From the NCBI GenBank assembly GCA_000182565.2, contig KQ257457.1: a stretch of DNA of 64,000 bases. One strand, given 5' to 3'. The position numbers and the translations under genes were made by a program. The stretch is from Spizellomyces punctatus DAOM BR117. Lineage: Eukaryota. A model generated the notes under the pieces. The model had not been told where the DNA came from, ran no database searches, and saw only the letters and a program-made list of their open reading frames with translations. This document shows, piece after piece, positions 8,901 to 18,692 of the stretch (positions are counted from its first letter, which is position 1; each line of letters starts with the position of its first letter).

Positions 8901-10400
8901 GGTCACCGTGACCTTGGAAAGAGGTGCGGTCATCAAAATTGTTGATTCCGAGTGCTCGGGTGAATGAAAGAATCCGATGGTGTGGAATCCTTGATTAGCG
9001 GTGGCTGTCCTTTCCAGTTCCGAAGCCGAAAAAAGAGTCTCGGTGGTAGCGGACGTCGAGTCCAGCTCCACTATGTACGACTTCTTGGACTCCTGTTTGG
9101 GTTTCCAACCTGCGGGCATGGGTGCTCCGTATGGTCCCTTCTTTCCATCTTCAGGATCTTTTCGGTTCAGGTTCTGCCAGCAGAAAACATTCCAATGCTT
9201 TTTCTGACAGAATTTGCAGGGTGCCGGTGGTTCCGTGTTGGGGTCCGGAACCATCTTCTGAGGGCCGTCGTGACCCTTTTCGGGGTTTCCGGTTTTATGT
9301 TGAGCCGTCTGCTTAGGGCCTTTGTCGATTCCGGTCTTTTGTGACTTCTTCTGAGCTTCAGCAGCACCGCTGTAGCAAGGGTCTCGTTTTCTGGTGTCAT
9401 CAGAGCCGAAATAAAGGCGCAGGAAGTCTTTTAATTTGGTCAGGTTCATGACGTTACAGGATTTGACCATGATTTGGATGTCGCTGGGCAATTGTTCGAC
9501 TATTAGGTCGAAATGCTGGTCAGCGGGACATTCTATGTTTGCCCGGTCGCCGTATGCGAGGCGCCGGAGATGAGTTTTGTGGTCAATGAATGCGAGAAAG
9601 CTGCGAAATTCTTTGGGGTTCGCGTGGCAGCGCACATATTCGGTTTTGCGCTTGGACTCGGTTAGGGGATCTCGGAACTCTCGAAGCAGTTCTTCTTTCC
9701 ACCTTTTCCAGGTCCACGAGCGAGTTTCCTGGGCTTCCAGAGTGTAAAACCAAGCGTCGGCAGGGGTTTTCTCGGCTATCATGGCTGGTAGGAGCTGTAC
9801 CATCCTGGCATCCAATGTTGCGCTAACGTTTTGAAGAAGTTGGACTTTGTTGAGCCATTCTTCAACGTCTTGGTTTCTTTTGCCCGTAAACTCGGGTACG
9901 TCCTTTGCTTTCAAGGAATCGACCTTGGTGTCGCTGGCCCACGGGGCTGCTGGCACTTGGATTGGAGGCACCGGACCTGAAAAACTTGGTTCGGTACGCT
10001 CCCTTGGTGTGTCCGACGTTTCCCACGGGGTTGCGGACCGTTCTCTTGTAGCTCGTGCTATGAGAGGTTGTTCAGGCAGCGGGCGATGCACTAGGGCTTC
10101 TAAGGCTCGTGCGAGGCGCTCATCCACCGCTGTCTGACGTTCGGAAAGCCTATGAAGCTGTTCCGTAAGGTTTTGAGTTGCCAACTGCGTTGCAGCAGTC
10201 GAGCGGGCAATGTCTTCTTTTAACGCTGCCACTTCAGAGGCCATCGTGGCCAAGTTAGGGGCTTCCGGTTCGACGGAAGTGGTCCCTGAACGCCTTGGGC
10301 GTGTTGCGGGAGGGACTTCGACGTCCTCCGCAGGACCCTGACTACGAGTCTGGATCACAGGTGAGCGGCCTCGCGTTGGAGAGCGTTCGACCGGCATCAT
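2931..10400 (-). CDS. Gag-Pol polyprotein (Gag, Zn knuckle, protease, RT, RNase H, integrase, chromodomain, plus unassigned regions)
   Basis: Uninterrupted ORF (open from 10478; first ATG 10400). Motifs: CKFCQKKHWNVFC knuckle; VLDTGA protease; DANKGFYQ / MPFGPKTAP / FVDD RT; SDAS RNase H; HHCC, TDF, SDRDPKF and YHPQGDGQSE integrase; FEVEAIVDHQ...FRIRWAGY...DTWEPEEAL chromodomain. Confidence 0.96.
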   Translation of the reverse strand: MMPVERSPTRGRSPVIQTRSQGPAEDVEVPPATRPRRSGTTSVEPEAPNLATMASEVAALKEDIARSTAATQLATQNLTEQLHRLSERQTAVDERLARALEALVHRPLPEQPLIARATRERSATPWETSDTPRERTEPSFSGPVPPIQVPAAPWASDTKVDSLKAKDVPEFTGKRNQDVEEWLNKVQLLQNVSATLDARMVQLLPAMIAEKTPADAWFYTLEAQETRSWTWKRWKEELLREFRDPLTESKRKTEYVRCHANPKEFRSFLAFIDHKTHLRRLAYGDRANIECPADQHFDLIVEQLPSDIQIMVKSCNVMNLTKLKDFLRLYFGSDDTRKRDPCYSGAAEAQKKSQKTGIDKGPKQTAQHKTGNPEKGHDGPQKMVPDPNTEPPAPCKFCQKKHWNVFCWQNLNRKDPEDGKKGPYGAPMPAGWKPKQESKKSYIVELDSTSATTETLFSASELERTATANQGFHTIGFFHSPEHSESTILMTAPLSKVTVTKEEDPRTPTQGWDQVWDNIAIIWGTPQVALMMGNNPRALSFFAKEPKRGAGHLGNDPYAVAWSSHHLYIAAAAKADKDRILRKVREDGTPRLILLAWIRLDEREKFLMWSSEDPVIFDSYANLQLVAFLLTGNIVRSDYYYRRGNPKFLHVKDHPHLQRHEESERTHIVMLAIEQVARQNKTTKPQNDKSREHFESAIKATEATINDIVPHFEVVVPSINAFYSVDLGDVLKSQTKTQTQPCWTLAVIAQLWAPVVLDTGACESLVSDTYQGLLFSETDLQDAETMAFKGIGGRISSTKTVCLETSLRGRGGEYLTFRAYFRVIAYGKPLIILANDVLGHLKLQTLVQEPPLPSFAVTLKNPDILIPCSITDELDTDHMRGTPYKTKQGEFMKDVSMPRLTKAKAQKSRLTMLITGQTCVAAQTFLIENPLEATAASSTVPLGLKLSTATHNSVADPEENISKEEWQTLWNKWNLDSTERAPGAFEAQLKDAEHFHVDLKRPKPVVWALINILRHFHQAFSYEGHLIGNYTKIPYAPRFISAPPPLSRPRSYSPLERTALETERDTMMGLQRWKRTTEVTFASDPVIIRYADKPPRVAFDYRRANDCMAWDPYPFPIMLDILNWIIAVPFRYISGGDANKGFYQIAITDASVRKWLALRLHDGIYEPLFMPFGPKTAPSHFCRVMDDTLGPSKWRNINNFVDDIHTRAETAAEALDAIADWLDCFSRAKLTLRLDKCQWLFHQLTALGFVASSQGLATDPDKVATIVDWPQPKFIGDLWSFVGLLGFYAQFISRYAELVRPLQDAIQEGVRKYRDLKKGRADPKKGAEKLNSPSMLDTAVAPTITATGARFEVSQHPKSSSSDLPVVNLRQSSLADLPIDPFCVGRLARKRPDQGLRRFIAKREVSWTDSRNSAFAAAKQALTTAPVLAAPRKGFPYTLHSDASYTAFNVTLEQLQPDASKHPLCYHSRGTTTSEKKAPPVELEAGCLIWGLGKLRPYLEGLPFTVITDHRALLWLAKYKGENRKLLRWALDLSYWSEWMTIVHKPGRFHIVADTLSRLLGAETLLCSTATQIWVSKRGRRRLRTTPAALAPSSTLADAVFRLALQPALIAAIRAGLTSQLHPIAQQARTLLWETSPDTYTTADARFLQDWQRADNLLWHRFSVSEDLWRLYVPPACTPEVRKLFHEGGGHFGFERTYARAAAQVWWPKMAQDFRKHCAGCETCQRSKRVLQLIPGLLKPIPPAPGRWTVITTDFVTKLPLTSRGYDAFWLIACKCSKRIHVWPFKSTATATQVAELFIEHYVPLHGIPETIISDRDPKFTSRFWQEVCKNLKINQELTTAYHPQGDGQSERDNATVLQVLTTMVNTRLDDWDTFLPVAEFIINDTVHEATKMTWFKMDLGYEPHNPLADIVERPSETRNADAEELCKHLGDLNILIQDLMIEAQDSQKRYYDLLRRHLEFRRGDKVLLSTKNLAGYESKIAPKWLGPVTVTDCNPLRDNYELKLPDKMRRLHPWFHISKLRPYQKPVDAKTEERIAEAQMEDSDASKGEFEVEAIVDHQTRRGKRQFRIRWAGYPPHEDTWEPEEALTEASEALEEYWRSRAPTSALVEDSLVVSFAGDALAYASDHQCFTIYPDNSSRDNHALSPERKPVSRGLPHQSRTPHQASRSRLRASELSKSAGNDLKRTPLHAPPLFSSSTTYDLSPLQTYSASQTLSINTETKAFVSNTMTTDIRGQQGVSILSTLEEGYPWSEVSDAFAAENSIEQLGAAMATWVEVWIRELFEDPNKPLEHYRGEDWVVDGASKPYATSQPLTMHIAEPYSRASDGGQAAVGIVADAKKIGKRLRDVPCAAWLDAGVPQHAAGNPKTAHFTLWPDREAHDFADIAIEAARAVLLKLANAAETTEEQLRPKHREHAYYHFRAVNLKRAAETFTALYVTRANGSRTPGTPAPEATDQIWFCTNVMGRATIIWMINEDSLEADDDYPVASW

Positions 10401-10543
10401 TCTCGGTTTCGTGAAGTCTGTTTCCGAAACGAGAGAAAAGGTTTCCGAGTAGCTACCTGAGCGGATCTCGGTTTGCACAAGAGTTTCGGTACAACTGAAT
10501 AAGGTTTTCAGCTGAATTTGAGAGGGGAAGGCAGTTCGTCGCG

Positions 10544-10554
10544 CTTCTCCACCA
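10544..10554 (-). other. Primer-binding site, probably tRNA-Ala
   Basis: TGGTGGAGAAG follows the 5' LTR directly. It is complementary to a ...CUUCUCCACCA tRNA 3' end, typical of tRNA-Ala. Confidence 0.7.
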
Positions 10555-11126
10555 TGTAACGGATTTTTTGTTGGTAGACTACGGTAAAGACAACTTGGGT
10601 CTCCTAGCAGGTTGTGTGGGTGTCCGTACTAGGAATCGTAGTCTCCAAATCCTTTCTTTGGGCGTCGGTAGCGACTTGAGGGCGAGAGGCAAGGAGAGTC
10701 GGTTAGTTGTGAACCGAGCAGGATTTAGAGGCTTCAGTGCGGGTGATCAGGCCATTGAAGTGCTCTGTTAGGTTCCTGTTAACCTAGGATTGGGGTTGAG
10801 AAGCTAGTTGTGGGGATTTTTTGTCGCTACGGCTTCTGGCCGCTGACTTATTTTATTGAATTCCTCTTTTTATACAAGAATATGCTACGGTAACGTCTAC
10901 ACTAGTTTCCGTAGCCTTCATTAGGGTGGCGGCGTCTGATCTTCCCATCTCGGACCATCGCCATGATCGATCATGGCTGCGTAACGTATCCTTCATGCTG
11001 CGCTGGTGTAGCCCAGAACCGAGCTTGATCTTAGGGGTTTCGAAGCTTAGGTTACAATTGTGGAAACCTCAATCGTGGTCACCTGATGCCTTTGAGCGAA
11101 CCGGTTTATCAGAGTCGTTCGCTACA
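10555..11126 (-). repeat. 5' LTR
   Basis: TGTAAC...GCTACA, a copy of 2302-2873. The PBS is adjacent. Confidence 0.97.
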
Positions 11127-11548
11127 ATTCACCTTTGTTGAGAAGATAGAGGATGGCTTCAATTGTCTCTTGATTTACTGTGGGAAAAACTGGCACTGAT
11201 GATGAAAGGAGATAGAATTTCAGCGCGTGGGAAGCGTGGTCGGCGAGTTGATGGATGATGGCGATGTAATCTAGAAGCCGTTGGCGATAGTTTGGCAGGA
11301 AAGCTTTTGCAAAGGAAGTCTTGTTGCAGGTATGTAAGGTGGGTTTGTCGAGTTTTTCAAGCTTTTGCTTCTTTTTTGGTGGCATTGATGATATCTGTGG
11401 GAAAAGATGAAAGCCTGGGAAAATGGGCGACGACAACTTATATAGGATTTTTTGGATCAAACCATAGTTCATGAGTCTAAATCGAGTAAAATTATGATTA
11501 AATTGGTTGGAATCTATGTACTAGTGCCAATACCAATCGGCTCCGCAC

Positions 11549-11552
11549 TATG
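11549..11552 (-). other. Target-adjacent motif (TAM) 5'-CATA at the Fanzor left end
   Basis: Plus-strand TATG abuts the left TIR. CATA is the reported SpuFz1 TAM, and its TA is the duplicated dinucleotide. Confidence 0.85.
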
Positions 11553-12233
11553 TAATTGCTTTCAACATTCTAAACAAAATTTGCAACCATCTCTTGATAT
11601 TCAACTGTAGTGGTAAAAGACAACAACACATGGCGGAAGGGTTCAGAGGACCCAAAAGCAATCCATACTTTTGGTACAGATTAAACATGGAACGCTGATA
11701 ACAAAGGACAAGCAATTCTCCTTAGGCTTTTACTCAACCCAACGGGATGGTGAAAGAACAGGATGCATGGCTTATATTCGAGCTGGCTGGACAGTAAACA
11801 AACTGAATATCTTGCATGCAGCACATTGGTACTGTCCGTGACAGTATATGTGAATCCTGATACTGAATAAATTCTGACCATCATTTGTTTAGGCCAGCAG
11901 TTCATCAAAAGAAAACGCTGTCCCTCGCCAAGTCTTCGTTTGCGCAGCCCTTGAAACTCTGCACAGACGATCGCGCGGAGGGGGCTTTTGCAATGTTTCA
12001 TCTTGTGAGTTGTGTCCATAGCATCGCGGCTGGGAGCGGCCATTTCTGGTGGACACTCTCGCTTTACAAGGACCATTGTTCAACATCACCGTTAACGGTC
12101 GTTTTTCCTGCTGTCACCGTGTGAGGAAGCAGTGCATTTCAAGCCAGAGGGTAGTATTTTGCCTCGGCGAGAAGTAGACATTGTGAGCTCGTCTAGTTTC
12201 CATTGTTGAGTTAGCTGGACTCGTTGGAGCGAC

Positions 12234-15200
12234 ATGTCGTCAGACAATAGTCCGACAGATCTTGCAGGAGTCGTAACTGCTGCCGGTTTGCAGACGGCGA
12301 TCTCAATCGGTAGGAACAGGACGGTACATTTGAGGCTCCGTCGCCCGGTAATGCTTATAGCTTCTTTGTTTATGTTCAAGGGCTTTTTATCGGCTTTTCT
12401 TTATTACGGCCGCGAAATAAAATTGTATACGAACCTCGATCAAAGTTTGCTCCGGAGCAGTATGTGATTGTCGCAAAGGATCTTAGTATAAAAGTGATCT
12501 TAACTGCCTTATTGACCAACAGGAAACGACCACAGCCGCTCAGCGGTATTCCGACAGCATGGCTGCGCCCGACGCTCTTTACCAATGAAAACCAACTTGT
12601 CGACAAGATCGGCCTAGATGCCGTCATGTTCCTCCGCTTCATTCGTCTTTGCTTTCAATTCTTCCTAGGTCTCACATGCATTGGAATCCCACTTTGTATC
12701 TTCCACTTTTATGCGCCGAGATTCACCGGAGGATCGAACCGCGACAGCGTAAACAGTCCTGATAAACAAACCGATCAAAAGTCGCCCCAACTGGCCGCGT
12801 TAACTATCAACAATGTATATCATGAGTCTTCGTGGTTTTGGATGCATGCTGTATTGGTCTGGGTGTTTAGCATGTATGCATACTGTAAGTTTCCGATTAT
12901 GGTGATAATCTGCAATATTACGAGTGCTGCGACTCAGCCGTTTACCATATTGCAGATCTAATGTACAGACTCTGGATGGATTGGATACGATTTCGTAGAG
13001 AGTTCTTTTTCAGCTCAGAATTTCAAAGTGCATTTCATAATCGCACGCTAATTCTGACAAACCTCCCGGACTCGATGCGCTCACCTCAAGACGTAACCGA
13101 GTTCATGACATCATTGAACTTGAAGGACTCGATTCGCCAGGCCGTAATCGGACGGGAAGTTGGAGATTTACCAAAGCTCATTGAAGAGCACCAAAAAGTC
13201 ACTGCAAAATTGGAGGATGTATTGGCAATCTGTAAGTTCTTGGATGACGATTTAATGTCTTGTCTAGATACTGATAAATTTCATGGTTCAGACTTGAAAG
13301 ACCCGTACCGAGTTCCGACCAAGCGTCCTACCCATAAAATCAACAAGAAATTGCTGATATTTGGAGGACAGAAGGTTGACAGTATTGAATACTGTAGCGG
13401 GAGACTACATGCGCTGGAGCGCGAAATCTACGAACTGCGCTCGAAAGGCGATCATCACTTCAAGCCAAACGCCAATGCATTTGTTTCTTTTCGCAGTGTC
13501 CAGGCTGCTCACTCTGCTGCGATTAAATTGAATGGTGTAGCTGCTGTGGCTCTTCGAAGCCGATCACTTTCACCGCCATCTGTGAAGCTCAGTCCAGATT
13601 TCGACGATATTATTTGGCAGAATGTTGGGATTAGCGCTGCCATTCGGCATACTCGCAGACTGATGGCACTTGGAATTGTCATTGCGGTTACGTTATCTTG
13701 GTCTTTTTTGATCATCTTCATCACCGGGCTGGTGAGTTTGGGCACCATTGAAAAGTACGTCCCAAAGCTAGCGGAATGGATTGAAGAGCGGAAAGCTGCA
13801 ACAGTCATCCTGACATCCATCATTGCGCCGGTTTTGTTCTCGGTATTGCAAATCCTTCCACCGATCGGATTCCGGTTCTTGGCGCGCTTCCAAGGCGTGT
13901 TGTCCAGCAGTGGCGTAGAGAAGAGCGTAATGCACAAAGTCTTTGCATTCCAAGTCTATCAGTACGCCGCTATCCTTCTAATCAATCTGAGTGCAACAAC
14001 GATCGGCTCGATTCTGAACTTTTCGAACGGGGATGTCGGAGCGTCGACACGATCTATTTTCAACAGTATCGCCGTCGCATTCATTGACGTGAGTTATGTG
14101 CGAAATCGTGAAATATTCAGGTCACATATGTAACCTTAATTTTCGCTCTCTTGCCAGAAATCTTCCTTCTTCATTGCGATGATTGTGACTGGAATGACGA
14201 GCATCGCGATTGAACTGATTCAAGGCGTTCCCTTGGTATTGGGTTTCATTAAGCGACATCTGTTCGCGAACACGCCCCGTAAAGAGTTTGACTACAACCA
14301 AGCCCCCGCATTACCGTATGGGCCGATCTACGCGCTCATTCTCATCAAATTCCTCTTGGGCGTGTGCTACTCTGTTGCCGCCCCATTGATACTGCCATTC
14401 ACGTCTGCATTCTTCTTTGCGGCGTATCTGGTGTACAAGTATCAGCTTATCTACGTCTACGAGACGCCTTTGGAAACGGGGGGAACGTGGTGGCCAAAAG
14501 TGTTCACACTATTATGCATATGTATCGGCTCGTTCCAGCTCATGACCCTCGGAGCAATATTGTTAATTGCTACTGGGGTGAGCGCTGAAGGGAATGGGAA
14601 ACGACAAGCCATCATGCTTGTGGTCCTCATGTGCCTGAATGTGGTATATTGGTGGGCGTGTCGGAGATGGTTGGCGCCTCAAGGCTTCATGTCCAAATCG
14701 GATTTGGAACTCGTGGAATCAGCAGGCAAATGGAATGACAACGAAGAGTTGGAAGATCGTGTATACAACCCTGCGTTGGTGAAACCGTTGTGGAGAGTAT
14801 GGGTATGGAAGCAGGCTCGAGAGGTGCAGGACAAATATTATACGCCAGAGTATCAGGATATTGAAGATTTCATTCGGAAAACACGTCCAGTATCAGTTGG
14901 TGGACGTGGAGAGGTTGGAAGCACGGACGATTTCACAGAAGTAGCAGGCACAATCCGTCGTAACGCAAAACGGGTACTATCGTTTTATCACCGCCATCCG
15001 CTACATAGCACGAGCCCCAATGCTGAGGCACCGCCAGAATTGGAGCACGTTGCACAGGAGGCAGGAGAAAGTCTCCCTATTGTTGTCGCTGTCCCGGATG
15101 ACGAGCAAGATCCAAACATCACGGCAGGAAGCGGTCTTCCAACGTACTCTTCTTCTGCCACGCTACATTCGCTAGAACGCCCTTATGAACTTCAAGACTA

Positions 15201-15297
15201 TGCATCTCAACGTGAAATTCCAGTGGATGTAAGGTCATTTTCCTCAACGGAAAATCTGAATAGCAGTCAGAGGACGGGGAGTTATAAATACCGTTAG
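12234..15297 (+). CDS. OSCA/TMEM63 (CSC1/RSN1 family) calcium-permeable stress-gated channel, multi-exon
   Basis: Spliced pieces give LRPRNKIVYEPR, GLDAVMFLRF, SPDFDDIIWQN, APLILPF...YKYQLIYVY and ETGGTWWP. There are about 5 short GT-AG introns (e.g. 12886-12956, 13232-13291, 14089-14157; approximate). Confidence 0.9.
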
Positions 15298-15893
15298 AGA
15301 TTATGAACTTTTATTTTAATAGATAGCAAGAATAGGAAACGAATTAAGTAATATTTATGTGGGTTTGTGATTATGCATTTCTAACTAATTGCATGCATCA
15401 GAAGCTTTGTTATCAGCAATTGTCGGATGAGATTCTCGTTGCAGGGGGCACCGTATTTACAAAACTATGTCATGTCTTCCCTGCAGCTCCATGTTTCTTC
15501 CAGCGCGGTTGAATGCCGACGAGCTAATGGCACCCAAGCTGGCTATTTCATGTAAAAAAGTGTTGAAGACAATGATGCCAGAAAGTTTGTCAAACCAACA
15601 GCCATTGATTGATCTGCTCGGTCTCAATGATAATCCTTGAAGGATTGGATATCATTATCTGTATCGTCCAAATGCATGAACCCAAAGTACTGAAGGCTCC
15701 ATAACGCGATTCGTTACAAACAAAGCGGCAAAAATGCTCCAACACTTCTGCAACGCGTTATTTGAAACGGCACTCGATAGTATCACGGGGGGCTGATGGG
15801 AGGATTTTAAACTTGTTGCTCTTCTTTTTTTTTTTTTGTTTCGACAGACCTTCTGCTGCAAAGGTTCCGTTCGGACTTTCATTGTCGCTCGTT

Positions 15894-16888
15894 ATGACTT
15901 TACAAAGACCTTCGCAAGACAGCGGGTCGGCGCCCTCTGATGACGTGCCCTTGCAAAGGAAAATGTCCTTTCGGGACCGTCTACCGACGGTACGGATGCC
16001 TTCACTTGGCATACGAAAACCATTCCAAAATTCGCCAAATGGAAAGGGAGCACCCACCAGTGCCGGAAGAGGAACATCTGTACAGAGTCGTATGAAGCTG
16101 AACATGGATACGAGAAGGATGAATTGGATCGTATTGGGTTTGATATTGCTGGATTTTTTGACGGCGCGTACGTATTGGGATGTGTTGGGCACATTTTTGC
16201 ACATTGTTAACGAAGGACTTTTGAACCCAATAGAGGCAGCAGTCTACGAATCCGTCTTTGACACAGCAGATCCACCGGCCATGAACAAAGAACTCTACAT
16301 TGCAAGTACCCTAAAGACCAACATACCCCACTTCACCACCGCGCGAACTTTCCTCTTTGCCTTCTCCCTCGGCCTTCGCATATTGTTTGTCTTTGAAATC
16401 CTACTTCGTGTCATCTCGTCAGGCCCCCTCAATTACATCCGCTCCCCGTGCAGCATCCTTGACGCCGCCATCGTCATTGCGTCCATTGTCGTGCACACCG
16501 CCCTCCCCGCCCGAGAATCCCTACTAGCAAACAACATCATTTTTCTCCGTTTCGGGCGAGTCTATGCATTGATGGAAGCTGTAAAGTGGGATATCGTTAC
16601 GCGGACAAAGAAAGATGTAGAGATAATGAGACGAGAGTGGGATGAGGAGATGGGAGTGCAGAGGCAAAGGACGCGGACATTGAAGCGACAATTGTCGGAG
16701 CACAAAACCAAGTTGAAAGTTTTGACGGGAGATATGGGGGTAATGGACGCTGAAAACGAGCGGCAAGTAGCAAGGAGTAAGTTATTCGTCTTCTGTCTTT
16801 CCAGATTTAGGATTTCATGATTGATCTTCAATGTACAGGCACATCGACAAAGTCAAAGCGAGCGAATTATGACTTTTTGAACGAGTAA
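15894..16888 (+). CDS. Voltage-sensor-domain protein with C-terminal coiled coil (Hv1 proton-channel-like)
   Basis: Four hydrophobic segments: S1 LILLDF, S2 LFVFEILLR, S3 ILDAAIVIAS and S4 FLRFGRV, followed by a coiled coil. A short last intron is likely (~16776-16838), so the 3' end is inferred. Confidence 0.65.
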
Positions 16889-17114
16889 ATGGGTGCTCAA
16901 TATCAGTTTAATCCACCAAGTTAGAATCCTTCAAACGTTCCAGTGACTGTAGTAAAGCGAGATAGATAGTGTAGTTGAACTATAGAAATAGAAATGCCAA
17001 CCCGCAATAGATTCCAGCCATAAATCGGTTCCATCGCATTCCAATGGAGGGCATAGGAGCAAAAGTTGCCGATTTGCACCGCAACCCTACAGAGTCACCT
17101 ACTATCCTCCTCCA

Positions 17115-18692
17115 ATGTCATCAGAGGCCTCACCGACCGAATTACTCAGGGAACTACACGTTCAGTTCATTGTGGGACTAGACAAGGTACAGCCACCTAC
17201 AAGGCGCCAAAACCTCCAACCCACGTAGGATGGAGATGAACGTAAACTTTAGAGTGCAGTGTCTGATAGCGGTACACTTAAAAGCGGAAAGATGAGTTCG
17301 AATATTGGGCGAGCGAACATTTACGGCTGAATGGTATTATTTGTGTACAGTAGTTCCCATTGAGCTGGAAACCCGTCTGAAAAATCTTTTATCCGGTTTA
17401 GGTGTTTACTGGGGCCTCACGGCTCTCGATTTGATGAATCGAAAGGATGAATTGGCCAAAGAAGACGTTATTGATTTTGTTCTTTCATGTCAGCAGGATA
17501 ATGGTATGTACTGCCCAATGAGTATCTCCGATGCTCCTTCTGATCAAACCCTTGCTACAGGAGGTTTTGGTGGAATGACCGATCACGACGCGCACCTTCT
17601 CTATACCCTGAGCGCTATCCAAATTTTGGCTACACTAGATGCAATCGATCGATTGGATGTAGAAAAAGTGGTCGAATGTATTTAATTGTGATTTTGCATT
17701 GTTGTTCCACACCATAGTTATTCAGGAGCAATTCTTCCCTACTAGTCGTCAAATCATTATCGCGACCCGACGGGTCCTTCGCGGGTGACGAGTGGGGCGA
17801 GGTCGATACGCGATTTACATATTGCGCGCTATCCTGTCTATCATTATTAAATCGACTTGATGCGGTCGATGTGAAGAAAACGGTTGAATATATTGATTCT
17901 TGTCGCAACTTTGATGGTGGTTATGGGAGCGTACCCGGGGCTGAGTCCCATGCGGGGCAAAGTAAGTGTACAGTCTTTGAGCTCGTGCCTACTACATCAT
18001 GATAATGTTTGACCTTTCAGTATTCTGCTGTGTTGGAGCGCTTGCGATTGTAAATTCTTTGCATCTGGTGGATGCTGATCAACTGGGGTGGTGGCTCGCT
18101 GAGCGACAACTCAAAAACGGAGGACTGAACGGTAGACCCGAGAAGCTTGAAGATGTGAGTGGTCCATCAGGAAAATTCATATGCAATGTACAGGGAACGG
18201 AATTCCCAATGATGCTACACCCTGTGTCGCTGATCGGCCATACGGCTGCATGTGAAGAAAAATCTTTTTGTTGATACTGAGGGAATTCCGTTTTCTCGTG
18301 GCGATTCGGAAGTGATTCAAGATTCCCGAGTCACACTTTGAGCCTGGTAAGACTAACGCTTATTCATTCAGGTCTGTTATTCATGGTGGGTTATTTCAGC
18401 CCTTGCCATCCTCGATCGAACCCACTGGATCAATAAGCAAAAGCTGACTGAATTCATTTTGAGCTCACAAGTAAGAATTGTAGGATTGTAGCAGTCCCGT
18501 AGCTTGTCGATGACCAATCATATTTAGGACACGGAAACGGGTGGTATAGCAGATCGACCAGGCGACTACCCCGATGTTTTTCACACATTGTTTGGGGTGG
18601 CTGGGCTATCACTGTTGGGGTATGAAGGGTTAAAGGCTGTGGATCCCAGATATTGCATGCCTCGTTATGTTATTGAGCGCATTATTGGGTAG
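17115..18692 (+). CDS. BET2: Rab geranylgeranyltransferase (type II) beta subunit, multi-exon
   Basis: Motifs [68 protein letters not shown] and [15 protein letters not shown] across GT-AG introns. Stop TAG at 18690-18692. Confidence 0.95.

Larger units (their letters stand above)
2302..11126 (-). mobile_element. Full-length Ty3/gypsy chromovirus LTR retrotransposon (8825 bp) inserted in the Fanzor ORF
   Basis: Two 572-bp LTRs with TG...CA ends and a 4-bp TSD ATTC (2298-2301, 11127-11130). PBS, PPT and one intact gag-pol ORF are present. Confidence 0.97.
601..11385 (-). pseudogene. Fz1: Disrupted Fanzor1 RNA-guided endonuclease (TnpB/Cas12-related RuvC), reconstructed 633 codons
   Basis: ATG at 11385 (MPPKKKQK, NLS-like). 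Segments 11385-11127, 2297-1323 and 1265-601 join in frame once inserts and TSDs are removed (NKGE|SWQPK; GSRR|FAKER). There is one in-frame TGA at 1825-1827. Motifs: RuvC-I IIDPNK, RuvC-II LLDEYKTS, Zn ribbon CPHC..CTNPNC, RuvC-III NRD. The sequence closely matches my recollection of SpuFz1. Confidence 0.95.
515..11548 (-). mobile_element. Fanzor1 (SPu-1/SpuFz1-like) TIR transposon, ~2148 bp once nested insertions are removed; encodes no transposase
   Basis: Inverted termini GTGCGGAGCCGATGGGTATTGGCACTAGCAC (515-545) and GTACTAGTGCCAATACCAATCGGCTCCGCAC (11518-11548), 29/31 complementary. TA flanks both ends (513-514, 11549-11550). The termini enclose the Fanzor ORF pieces and the omegaRNA. 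Confidence 0.93.

Noticed and set aside
515-11548. Prokaryotic IS200/IS605 or IS607 contamination
   Set aside because: TIRs with TA ends, an NLS-like N-terminus, a nested LTR element and intron-containing neighbours show a eukaryotic Fanzor locus.
11681-12180. Possible minus-strand host gene interrupted by the Fanzor
   Set aside because: I could not assemble a consistent spliced ORF across the empty site.
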